IMG/VR virus record: IMGVR_UViG_3300011008_000014
Reading direction: 5' to 3' (one strand)
DNA: 64,000 nucleotides
Source of the DNA: an uncultured virus (IMG/VR IMGVR_UViG_3300011008_000014)
Taxonomy: Duplodnaviria > Heunggongvirae > Uroviricota > Caudoviricetes
Of the stretch, positions 42,352 through 52,186 are shown one piece after another. Within the stretch, counting starts at the first letter, position 1; every line of letters begins with the position of its first letter. Under the pieces are notes generated by a model. That model saw only the letters and a program-made list of their open reading frames with translations. It was not told where the DNA came from and searched no databases. Made by a program: the position numbers and the translations under genes.

Positions 42352-43128
42352 ATGAGCAAGTATTCAGAGACAATGGCCATCATCAAGGGCATCCGCGAAA
42401 AGACAGACACAGCCGTACTGTTCTATTCGGCTGGTGGAAAGGACGGCATCGCCCTGCTGGAGATGCTGGCAACGACATTCAAGAAAGTTATATGCTATTA
42501 CATGTACCTTGTGAATGACTGCGACCATGTGCAGCCTTACATTGATTGGGCTGAGAAGCACTATGGGAATGTCGAGGTACGGAAAATCCTGCATTTTCAG
42601 CACGATGCTTTCAAGGCTGGCGGTTTTTTCTGCGACCCCGACCCACGATACTTGCTCCCGAAGAAAGACCCGAACCACCTGCGTATGCGCACCATCGGGC
42701 AGATAGAGGAACAGGTAAGGCAGGAAACTGGAATACCCTATGCCTTTAGCGGCATGAAGGGCGTTGACGGATATATGAAGCGGATGCGCCTGCTGATGTT
42801 CAAGAAGCAGAACGGCACATACATGACCAAGAAGGGCATGGTGTACCCGCTGGCCGTTTGGACGAATGGCGAGGTGTTGCAGTACATCAAGGCCAAGTCG
42901 CTGATTCGTCCGCTGGAATACGTGAATGGCAAAGTGTCGCAAGGGCTGGCGATAGACCTCGACCATCTGCTGTTTCTCAGAAAGAACTACCCGCGTGACT
43001 ACCAAAGGTGCTTGCAGGAGTTCCCATATTGCGAAAAACTTATCTTCGACTACGAGCACGGCATCAAGACAAAGACGGAAATGCCCGAAAACTTGCAGTC
43101 GGATGACATAGAACTGGAGGAGGAGTAA
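42352..43128 (+). CDS. PAPS-reductase-like PP-loop protein
   Basis: FYSAGGKDG PP-loop, GMK..D...R, YPLA.WT..EV..YI. Confidence 0.8.
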   Translation: MSKYSETMAIIKGIREKTDTAVLFYSAGGKDGIALLEMLATTFKKVICYYMYLVNDCDHVQPYIDWAEKHYGNVEVRKILHFQHDAFKAGGFFCDPDPRYLLPKKDPNHLRMRTIGQIEEQVRQETGIPYAFSGMKGVDGYMKRMRLLMFKKQNGTYMTKKGMVYPLAVWTNGEVLQYIKAKSLIRPLEYVNGKVSQGLAIDLDHLLFLRKNYPRDYQRCLQEFPYCEKLIFDYEHGIKTKTEMPENLQSDDIELEEE

Positions 43129-43132
43129 GATT

Positions 43133-43975
43133 ATGGCAGTGAAGAAAAGCAAGATTCAGCAAGCGGAATGCAGGGTAATCCTGCGCAGTCAAATTAACTT
43201 CGCATCATACAACCCAAGGCGCATTTCAGAGGATGCCCGCAAAGCACTAAAGGCGAATCTGAAACGGCTGGGATTGATGGGTGGCATAGTATGGAATGAA
43301 GAAAGCGGCAACCTTGTGGGCGGTCATCAGAAGGTGTCAATCATTGACGAGGTAAACCGATACAATTCTGAAACGCATGATAATGACTATGAAATCCGCG
43401 TGGAGGTAGTCCGTCTGTCTGAAAAGGAGGAGATGGAACAGAACATGTTTCTTAACAACAAGGCCGTGCAGGGCGACTTCGACGATGACCTGCTAAGAAA
43501 CGTACTGAGGAAGATAGACCACACGGCGGCTGGCTTCAACGACTTCGACTTGGATATGCTTGGCATAACCCCCATTGACGATGAGGAGTTTCGGAACATC
43601 ACAGACATACCCGAAGAGACTGACCCCAATGACGGCTGGCGAAAGGGTAATCTGACAGAAGATAACGAGCATCTTGCACAGGTGGATGCCAACACCCACG
43701 GCAGCGAGGAAAACACGAAGATTGACAGGAGCGTTGACTTCTACAACGACACACCCGAAAATCAGATAGCGCGTCACAACGAGATTCAGAAGGTCAAAGA
43801 CCGCATAAACAAGAAATCCGACACGAACAATGACGGCGGCATGTTGTCGTACTTCATCGTGTCATTCCCCAACCCGCAAGAGACGCAGGGCGCATTGATT
43901 CAGCTTGGATTCGACCCGAACAGCAAATTCGTGGACGGGCGCGAACTGATGGATAAAATCGACATACTGGAGTAA
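43133..43975 (+). CDS. ParB/Srx-like N-terminal domain protein
   Basis: YNPRRIS......L..NL...G....IVWN...GNLVGGHQ. Confidence 0.85.
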   Translation: MAVKKSKIQQAECRVILRSQINFASYNPRRISEDARKALKANLKRLGLMGGIVWNEESGNLVGGHQKVSIIDEVNRYNSETHDNDYEIRVEVVRLSEKEEMEQNMFLNNKAVQGDFDDDLLRNVLRKIDHTAAGFNDFDLDMLGITPIDDEEFRNITDIPEETDPNDGWRKGNLTEDNEHLAQVDANTHGSEENTKIDRSVDFYNDTPENQIARHNEIQKVKDRINKKSDTNNDGGMLSYFIVSFPNPQETQGALIQLGFDPNSKFVDGRELMDKIDILE

Positions 43976-43981
43976 ACCGAA

Positions 43982-44722
43982 ATGGCAGAGCGCAAGAAAA
44001 AGACTACAACCGCAGAGGCCAAGCCGAAAAAAGCCACAAAGCGGAAGGCAGCGACGAAAACCAAGCGTCGCAAGTCAACCGCTCCCAGCATCAAGCTACC
44101 CAATACCAAGGCCAAATACGACTATGCCGACGAGCAAGGTATGTTCTACAAGAAAATAGACCAGCTTGCAGGGCAAGGTATGACGGATGGGGAGATTGCC
44201 GCACAGCTGGATATAAACCGCGATGTGTTCAGCCGAATGAAAAACGGGCATTACGAAGGATGGAACAAGACGGAAAACGCAAAATACTCCTCTCTTATTT
44301 CTCATATCTTAGCCCGTGCGCGGGAAAAAGCACTCGGTGTTGCAAGGGCGGCATACTACCGTGCAGCCATCGGTGGAAGGAAGATAAAATCGGTTACTAC
44401 GCGGTATGTGCAGGCGCGTTGCATCTGTAACGGAAACGATGCCAAGTGTCCGCATTGCGGTGGAACGGGCATAATAGTGCTGACCGATAAGGCTGTTGTG
44501 CAGGAAACGGAATCTGAACTTGCTCCGAACATGCAGGCACTTTCGACGTTTATGTACCACCATGACCCGAACTGGCGTAAAATCCAGCGCGGAATCGAGG
44601 ATGAAGAAGAGTTGCCGCAGAATGTCAAGACTGGTATCCCTGTCTCTCACTGGATAGACTCGGAAATGACGGACGATTGGGATAGCCTTGAAGAAAGTGT
44701 ATTGAGTGAAAAGGAATCATAG
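43982..44722 (+). CDS. Terminase small subunit (HTH plus Zn-finger-like insert)
   Basis: GMTDGEIA..LDI HTH, CIC...CPHCGGTG, APNMQA...W; directly upstream of the large subunit. Confidence 0.75.
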   Translation: MAERKKKTTTAEAKPKKATKRKAATKTKRRKSTAPSIKLPNTKAKYDYADEQGMFYKKIDQLAGQGMTDGEIAAQLDINRDVFSRMKNGHYEGWNKTENAKYSSLISHILARAREKALGVARAAYYRAAIGGRKIKSVTTRYVQARCICNGNDAKCPHCGGTGIIVLTDKAVVQETESELAPNMQALSTFMYHHDPNWRKIQRGIEDEEELPQNVKTGIPVSHWIDSEMTDDWDSLEESVLSEKES

Positions 44723-44724
44723 AT

Positions 44725-46080
44725 ATGGCAGTTAGGAAGATAGACAGACGTAGGGCTTTACGGCGACGGGTGCGCAAGGGAATAAAGGTGCAGCCCGTCT
44801 ATTACCCTCTCTATCGGAATAACGGCAAGAAAATGATTGTCTTGGTGACTGGTGGGAGAGGTAGCGGCAAGTCGTTCAACGTAGAGACTTTCTTGGAAAG
44901 ACTTACCTTTGAAGCCGTACCAAGCCCCCGTGATGAATCAAAGCTGCTGGCTCATCAGATACTTTGCGCCCGCTATACGATGGTATCTGCCGATATTTCG
45001 GTTATACCCGAATTTTTCGAGAAAATCGAACTGGAGGGTACGCAGAAATACTTCCGTGCCACAAAGAAGGATGTCATCAACAAGCAGACGGGCTCGCATA
45101 TCATGTTCCGTGGCATCAAGACTTCATCGGGCAATCAGACCGCGAAGCTGAAATCAATCCACGGCCTTACGGTGTTTGTCTGTGATGAAGCGGAGGAGTG
45201 GACTTCGTTTGATGACTTTGAGAAGATAATGCTTTCCATCCGTACATTGGGCATTCAGAACATTATCATCATTGTGATGAACCCGACGGACAGCAACCAC
45301 TTCATCTACCAGCACTACATAAAGGACACCCACAGGATAGAATACTTCGACGGTGTGCCTGTTCAGATTTCCACGCATCCCGACGTTCTGCATATCCATA
45401 CCACCTATCTTGACAACAAAGAAAACCTGTCACCGCAATTCATAGAGAATGTGGAACGCATGAAGGAAACAGACCCCGACAGGTATGCCCATGTTGTTAT
45501 GGGGCAGTGGGCTGACGTTGCGGAAGGTGCGGTGTTCAAGAAATGGGGTGTCGTAAACCAGTTCCCGACGGAATGCAAGCATGTGGCCATCGGTATAGAC
45601 TTCGGTTATTCAAACGATGTCACGGCCATTGTGATGTGCGGAATTTGGGATAACAGGCTCTACATGAAAGAACTGTGCTACAGGACGCACATGCTCTCCA
45701 GCGACATCATCAATTTCTTGAAGCCATACAGCGGTCTGTTTGTCTATGCCGATTGTGCAGACCCGCGACTCATTGACGAAATAGCCCTTGGTGGAATCAT
45801 CATATATCCAGTATCGAAGCCGCAAGGCTCTATAGAGGCTGGCTTGGATAAGATGCAGACCTATGAATTGTATGTGACGAAAGACTCATACAACCTGCAA
45901 GAGGAACTGCGGAACTATGTTTGGGATAAGGATAAGGATGACAACTACATCAACGTACCCGTTGACAAGTGGAATCACGCCATCGACGCTGGCCGCTACT
46001 ATACGTTAGGTAAGCTGCTGGGTAAGATAGTGAAGAAAATCAAGGTGACAAAGAAGAATAGTAAGATTGCAATCAAATAA
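44725..46080 (+). CDS. Terminase large subunit (PBSX family)
   Basis: GGRGSGKS, DEAEE, MNP, IGIDFGYSND, NHAIDAGRY. Confidence 0.95.
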   Translation: MAVRKIDRRRALRRRVRKGIKVQPVYYPLYRNNGKKMIVLVTGGRGSGKSFNVETFLERLTFEAVPSPRDESKLLAHQILCARYTMVSADISVIPEFFEKIELEGTQKYFRATKKDVINKQTGSHIMFRGIKTSSGNQTAKLKSIHGLTVFVCDEAEEWTSFDDFEKIMLSIRTLGIQNIIIIVMNPTDSNHFIYQHYIKDTHRIEYFDGVPVQISTHPDVLHIHTTYLDNKENLSPQFIENVERMKETDPDRYAHVVMGQWADVAEGAVFKKWGVVNQFPTECKHVAIGIDFGYSNDVTAIVMCGIWDNRLYMKELCYRTHMLSSDIINFLKPYSGLFVYADCADPRLIDEIALGGIIIYPVSKPQGSIEAGLDKMQTYELYVTKDSYNLQEELRNYVWDKDKDDNYINVPVDKWNHAIDAGRYYTLGKLLGKIVKKIKVTKKNSKIAIK

Positions 46081-46091
46081 TAAGAACGACT

Positions 46092-47510
46092 ATGCCAATA
46101 TTGGACGATTATCAGTTACAGGTGCTGACGCAGTTTCGCGGAAAGACACTCACCAGTGGAGGTGTCATCCGTGAACTGTACCAGTACATTCTTGGGAATG
46201 ACGTGTCTCGCGCAATTTCATTGATGCAAGACCACGAATTAGCCGTGACGAATGCCATCCGTGAATACAACTGGCAGACGCACGATGTGATGAACCGCCC
46301 CAACAAGTACAGGGAAGGGCAAGAGCCTTATCAGACTGAGAAGTTGCCGCGAACACGGCAAAAGTACATCAACGAGATGGAACTCTTCTTCCTGTTGGCC
46401 AATCCTCCCGTGTGGGAAAGAAAGGATGGGACGGACAGGGCTTTTCAGTTGTATAAGGACATGCTGGACGATGACCGCTTTCATGCCAAGTGGAGGCAGT
46501 GCAAGCGGCTTGCTGGCTCGGAACTTGAATCAGCCCTCGTCTATCACCTGTATCAAGAGAACGGCGAACTGCGATACCATAATTTCGTGGCCGCATATTC
46601 CAAGGGCTACAGGCTGCATCCACTGATTGACCAGTATGAGAACATGGTGGCTTTCGCCTTGGGATATACCTTGAAGGAGAACGGCAACCATATCCAGCAC
46701 TATGACATTTGGACTGTTGACTACTATTTCCAGTGCCAAAGGAGTGCCGTAGGCTGGCAGGTCATGGTCTATGACAACATCCTCGGCAAGATTCCAGTAA
46801 TCTACTTCAACCAAAACAAGGCATGGGATGGTGCTGAACGCCGAATCAGTCGTGAGGAGATGAACGATTCCAAACATGCAGACAACAACAACTATTTCGC
46901 CGACCCGCTGGCAGAGGCAACAGCCGATGTGCTCCAGTACCTAAAGAACGGCGAGACCGTTGGCCGCATGATTCAGCTGACAGGCGAAAAGTCGAAATTC
47001 GGATATGTCAACCCGCCTTCCGACAGCGAATCGCGCAGGGATGAACACGATAACCTGCATGATTCCATCCTGTTCGATACCTTCACCCCCGATTTCTCGT
47101 TTGAAAAGATGAAGGGGCTGGGTACGATTTCGGGCGAGGCACTCCGAAGGGCATTGGCACTTGGATATATCAAGCGCGACAACATCAAGGAAACATACGA
47201 GCCGCTGCTCGACCGTGACAAGAATCTAAGGCTTGTGCTGCTGAAGCTGCTGCATCCCGAAATGGCTACGGAAATCGACGCATTGAAGCTGAAAGGCACA
47301 TTCGCAGAGCCGTTTGCCGAGGATAAGCAAAGCCAGTGGAACACTATCGGTACTCTTTATGCGCGTGGCCTTGTGTCGCTTGAAACTGCTGTTACGATGC
47401 TGGCCATCACCGATGCTCCCGAAAAGGAGGTTGAGAAGATACTGGCAGATGCGGAACGCAAGGCGGCACTTACTAAGCCCGAAGATGAACTGACTGAACC
47501 AACAGAATAA
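46092..47510 (+). CDS. Portal protein (SPP1-like)
   Basis: Position and size; GKIPVIY, SGEALR, VSLETAV. Confidence 0.88.
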   Translation: MPILDDYQLQVLTQFRGKTLTSGGVIRELYQYILGNDVSRAISLMQDHELAVTNAIREYNWQTHDVMNRPNKYREGQEPYQTEKLPRTRQKYINEMELFFLLANPPVWERKDGTDRAFQLYKDMLDDDRFHAKWRQCKRLAGSELESALVYHLYQENGELRYHNFVAAYSKGYRLHPLIDQYENMVAFALGYTLKENGNHIQHYDIWTVDYYFQCQRSAVGWQVMVYDNILGKIPVIYFNQNKAWDGAERRISREEMNDSKHADNNNYFADPLAEATADVLQYLKNGETVGRMIQLTGEKSKFGYVNPPSDSESRRDEHDNLHDSILFDTFTPDFSFEKMKGLGTISGEALRRALALGYIKRDNIKETYEPLLDRDKNLRLVLLKLLHPEMATEIDALKLKGTFAEPFAEDKQSQWNTIGTLYARGLVSLETAVTMLAITDAPEKEVEKILADAERKAALTKPEDELTEPTE

Positions 47511-47926
47511 TGAAGATATACGAATTTTCACAACCCTTCTATCCGTTCCGACTCATGGCCTGTGTCGGAGCGGATGCCATCCGTGGCTTCTTTGAAGTGG
47601 ACTGTGACACGCTGGAGGATAACTGCCCAGCGATGACGGCTTGCAGGGTCACTGTGAAAGGCGGCGAGAATGCCGTGCTTTTCCGCTTCCGAAATGCCGA
47701 TGCCATAGAGTTTGTGAATGTCGCCCACGAATGCGGCCACATGGGTATTGATGTCTTTGAATATATCGACTCGCCGATAAACGTATCATCTTCCGAGGCG
47801 TTCTGCTACCTTATCGGGTGGGCTGGCGGCTGCTTGGGCTGGCTGAAAGAGAAACTCAGCGGCAAGGGCAGAAAATACGGGCAGTATGCTGGCAAGGTCA
47901 TATATGATACCGACATTCCGAAGTAG
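47510..47926 (+). CDS. Putative HExxH metallopeptidase-like protein
   Basis: VAHECGH...EAFCYLIGW. Confidence 0.7.
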   Translation: MKIYEFSQPFYPFRLMACVGADAIRGFFEVDCDTLEDNCPAMTACRVTVKGGENAVLFRFRNADAIEFVNVAHECGHMGIDVFEYIDSPINVSSSEAFCYLIGWAGGCLGWLKEKLSGKGRKYGQYAGKVIYDTDIPK

Positions 47927-48170
47927 GCTTCTTGCTTTCTTGTTTTTCATAATCGGAGGGTGCATGGTGAACAGAAAAAGGCACTGTGCGCCCTTTTATA
48001 TATATTATAAGGTATAGTTATTATCTGTTAGAGTTAAAATAAACTAAATTGCTTTATTTTCTTTCAAAATATTTGGCAGAATGAATTTATTTGCTTATCT
48101 TTGCATCAGTTATTACAGACAAAACCATTTAGAGCAGATGAGCCGACTGTAGAAAACTGGCATTTGGATT

Positions 48171-48821
48171 ATGAATACATATTATAAGTTTGTACCAAAC
48201 GTATTTTTGGCAAAGTGTTCAGAACAGCATGAGAAGGGCGAGGTTATCGACGTAACGACGAAGTACGGCAAGGATAACGAAAGCATCGTGCATAATCTGA
48301 TATTTACCCGTGACGGCTTCTATTTCTATTCTATCACCCGTGCAGACGGCTACAACATGCAGGAGCGGGCAAGGCGCAAGGCAGAACGCTATGAACAGGC
48401 AGCGGCCAATGCCGACAGGCGCAGCACCGAATATTTCAACAAGTCACAGAAGGATGCAGACTTTCTTTCGCTTGGCGAGCCTATCAAGGTGGGTCATCAC
48501 AGCGAACGCAGACACCGCAAGATGATTGATGACGCTTGGCGCAACACTGGCAAGATGGCTGCTGAAATGGATAAAGCGGAAGCCTACCGTGACAAGGCAG
48601 AGGGCTGGTCAAGGCATACCGATGACATCAACCTGTCAATGCCCGAAAGCATAGACTACTACGCTAAGAAGCTGGAGGAGGCCACTGAATACCATCAAGG
48701 CGTTAAGAGCGGCAAGTACCCGCGTGAACATGCCTATACGCTGACCTACGCGAAGAAAGCCGTCAACGAGGCACAGAAGAATTATGACCTTGCAAAGAGA
48801 TTGTGGGGCGATAACAGATAA
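48171..48821 (+). CDS. DUF3560-like protein
   Basis: LGEPIKVGHHSERRHR motif. Confidence 0.8.
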   Translation: MNTYYKFVPNVFLAKCSEQHEKGEVIDVTTKYGKDNESIVHNLIFTRDGFYFYSITRADGYNMQERARRKAERYEQAAANADRRSTEYFNKSQKDADFLSLGEPIKVGHHSERRHRKMIDDAWRNTGKMAAEMDKAEAYRDKAEGWSRHTDDINLSMPESIDYYAKKLEEATEYHQGVKSGKYPREHAYTLTYAKKAVNEAQKNYDLAKRLWGDNR

Positions 48822-49246
48822 AGGGCTATGGCAAAGATTTTCGGAATAAACTTTGAAACAAAGGACGAGTTAATCGTCGAGGCCATGAAGTATAGCGGGC
48901 GTTTCTCGGTGATTGCAAAGGTCATCGTCGAGCACAGGCGCGAAAACGACCTATATACAGACGGCGGCTTTGATGAAGTGTTGAAGGTGTTGAACTACAA
49001 CCGCAACAACATCGAGCGCGTGAGCATACCCGATGGCGCATACAAGGGCTTGTGGGGCTATCATGGCGACGGATTCGCCGTGGTGTTCATGGAAGAGAAC
49101 GAAGGATGCGGCAGTAACGTGTTCATTCGCAAGCACTATAATCTTGAATACGGTGTATTCTTGGATGTCAGCACCTACGGCATCAACTGGATGAACGGAA
49201 AGCGTGAACTGGCAGAGGCGACAATCAAACGAAATATGTATATCAA

Positions 49247-50191
49247 ATGAAAGGTAACGGCAGAATGATTTCAAGACAGGATGCGGCAGAGATACTACGC
49301 ACAGACCCTCAGACGGTATCAAACTGGATTGAGAAGGGCGTATTGCGCGGAAAGATGATTGGCCGCATTCAGATGGTGGATGGTAATACCATCGAGGCAC
49401 TGTTTGACACGCTGAAAGACTTGGATGAGTCGAAGAAGATAATCGGTCGGTTGCAGCAGGAGAATTACGAAAAGGCATGTGAGTTAAGAAAGACCCGTGA
49501 CGAATGGCTGTTAGACCTTGCAATGGTCAACGGACTGGAAAAGCCGACAAAACTGCTGCGGATGATAACGTCTATGATAGACAGCGTTAGCGATGACATC
49601 ATGGCAGACCGTGAGCGAAACATACTGAAATACTACTTGGACGGTTCGGAATTTGAGGCCATCGGTGACGAGTACGGGCTGACCCGCGAAAGGGTAAGGC
49701 AGATAATCGAGAAGGCCATGCGCAAGCTGGGAAGCCTTGAGCCCTATGGTGATGTGCTGAACAGGTGCAGTGAACTTGAAAACGAGAACTTGATGCTGAA
49801 AGCCACGTTAAAGCGGCAGGAGGCAGAACTTGATGCGTTGCGCGGCAAGAAGGATGAAGCAGAGGATAGCACGTTGTCAGAACAGGACAGGCAAGTGCTG
49901 GAACTGCTGAACACAAGGCTCGTTGACATGAATCTGACCGTTAGGGCGTTGAACTGCCTAAAGGCGGCTGACTTGGAGACTTTCGCCGACTTAGTGAAGT
50001 GCCAAAAGACAGACCTTCTGAAATTTCGGAATTTCGGCAGGAAGTCATTGGGTGAACTTGATGACCTGCTGGAGAATGAAAGTGAAAGGACGGGCGTTAG
50101 GTTTTCGTTCGGAATGGACGTGTCGCCCTTCTATGAGCGTTATACGAAGAGTCTAATCAATAAAGGTGTGATAGATGCTGAAACTGAATGA
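49247..50191 (+). CDS. Transcription factor: N-terminal HTH, sigma70 region 4 and RNA polymerase alpha-CTD-like domain
   Basis: DAAEIL....[38 protein letters not shown].......LV......[14 protein letters not shown]. Confidence 0.85.
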   Translation: MKGNGRMISRQDAAEILRTDPQTVSNWIEKGVLRGKMIGRIQMVDGNTIEALFDTLKDLDESKKIIGRLQQENYEKACELRKTRDEWLLDLAMVNGLEKPTKLLRMITSMIDSVSDDIMADRERNILKYYLDGSEFEAIGDEYGLTRERVRQIIEKAMRKLGSLEPYGDVLNRCSELENENLMLKATLKRQEAELDALRGKKDEAEDSTLSEQDRQVLELLNTRLVDMNLTVRALNCLKAADLETFADLVKCQKTDLLKFRNFGRKSLGELDDLLENESERTGVRFSFGMDVSPFYERYTKSLINKGVIDAETE

Positions 50192-51502
50192 TATTCGTGT
50201 CGGTGACTGGTTCGTGCATGTGCATGGGCGCGGCATGTTGAAAGTGTTCACCGTTGAATCGTACTGCAAATGCGTGGTGCTGGGTGATGACATCGCGGAG
50301 GTTGACTACCGCGAAATGATGCCCGTCGGCTTGTCAAAGGCCGTGCTGGAACACAGCGGATTCAAGGAGCAGTGCGGCATGTATTATCTTGATGATAATA
50401 TCATATATAATCCGCTGGCAAAACAAGTCGCATACTTTGACGGCAATGGATTTCACGGCGTACCGTGGCGTGTTGAACACCTGCATCAGCTACAGCACAT
50501 CATCTATGAAATGACTGGCACAGAACTGGAGTGTGACATGTTCGGATTGTCGAAGGAAATAATGGAAAGGATGGCGGTATGAAGCAGCAAGTAGTTGAAC
50601 TTTTCGGAAAGAGGCTAAGAGTCGTGAAAGGTGATGGTGTGCTTGACTGCGAGTTATGTGCCATCAAGGATTTCTGTGAAAAGGTCAATTTCATGGCAGA
50701 GGCTCATCCCGAATGGAACTATCCGACGGTATGCCAAGACGCTAAAGGCAGGCAACACAGGTTTTTTGTAGAAGAAGAATAGATATGGCAACACATCTGA
50801 AATCTGAATACCCGACAGCCCGCAAGGAGCACAGGTGCTCTTTCTGCAATGGCACGATAGGCAAAGGCGAAAAGTACGCACACCATGTATTTGCCGACGG
50901 TGGAATACAAGACCAGCATCTTCATATTTATTGTGATGATGCCATAACCGAATTTACAGACCCATTCGATGACGAGTATTCTGTTGGCGGTGTAATGGAA
51001 GGTGTCAATGACGAACTGCGCGAAGCTGGGATAAAACCATCCCAATTCGTACAGGATGCCGTTCAGCAGTGGGCGAAACTACGTGAAAAGAATAACGGAA
51101 CAAAATAGGAACATTATGAACAACAGAGGCGATGAACTGCATGAGATGTTGTCGGCCAATAATGCTGACGATGTGGATAAACTTGCGGAGGCGGCAAAAG
51201 CCGACATGAAGGTAAAGGGATGTTCGTTCTGTGCAACGGAACATCCGAAAGTCTATAAGTTCTGCATGAACATCAAAAGACGGGCTGAAAAGCTGCATAA
51301 GCGTGTACCGTCTGTATGTGGAGGCGAAACTTGGGGGCGTGGCTTGAACAATACCCCGCCAAAAAAGAAACATAAAAAGCGGAAATAACATGAACAGTAT
51401 CTATCAAAGGCGTAGAGAAAAGCAGCTTGAAAGGAAGCGCGAACCGTGGAACGCCCCACAATTCTGCAATCAGAAGTATTACGAACAAATAAACAAGAAA
51501 CT

Positions 51503-52147
51503 ATGACAGAGAATCAGAAACTACGTCTTGACCTCTTTCGCGAGTTCAAGGGTGAAGCACAGAAAGCCTATGATTTTATCATGGCAGGTGAAAAGAGCCA
51601 ACCTATGCAGACGGAAAAGAAAGCAGAGGATGGCCTGTATTATGTCTATGCTGATGACAGCTATTCTCCATGCGACGGCAAAAAGCCCGAAAAGGAGGTC
51701 AAGTACATCGGAATCATCCATGAGGGTCATCCGTTCAGTGTCGGCCTTAAAGACCTTGGCAGTTACCAGCTTCTAAAGGATGGTGTAAAGTGTGAGAAAA
51801 CCAGCGACTTCTATAAGCCGCGTGAGTGCGATGCGCTTAACGATTGGGAGTATGTGGAACGCACGAAACGCATACAACGCCTTGGAACTGACATACCGCT
51901 TTCTGATGGTGAGTACATCCCTGCCCTGCCTATGGTGGTCGCTATGTGCTATTGGGCTGACAAGGGATTGAATGAAGCCTTGGAGTTGGCTGGTGGAACA
52001 CCTTTTAACATGGATGAATGCTACTGGTCTGTTACTGAGAACTACAGCAACTATGCTTGGCTCGTCTTCTTCAATAATGGCGTCGTCAACTACTACGGCA
52101 AGTATATCAGTATCGTAGTTCGCCCTGTGGCCGCATTTAACATTTAA
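51503..52147 (+). CDS. DGR target protein 2 (C-terminal CLec/DUF1566-like variable region)
   Basis: Paralog of 27034-27699; ends YWSVTE....AW.V.F..G.V.....K.....VRPVAAF. Confidence 0.85.
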   Translation: MTENQKLRLDLFREFKGEAQKAYDFIMAGEKSQPMQTEKKAEDGLYYVYADDSYSPCDGKKPEKEVKYIGIIHEGHPFSVGLKDLGSYQLLKDGVKCEKTSDFYKPRECDALNDWEYVERTKRIQRLGTDIPLSDGEYIPALPMVVAMCYWADKGLNEALELAGGTPFNMDECYWSVTENYSNYAWLVFFNNGVVNYYGKYISIVVRPVAAFNI

Positions 52148-52186
52148 CATTTCACATTCGGCGAGGGCTGTTTCAACAGCCCCGCC
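51986..52186 (+). repeat. DGR variable repeat 2 with IMH-like end and hairpin (52160-52186)
   Basis: Counterpart of 27535-27738. Confidence 0.88.

Noticed and set aside
27535..52186. One of the two repeats being the DGR template repeat
   Set aside because: Both have non-A bases at variable positions and both end coding genes, so both are variable repeats.
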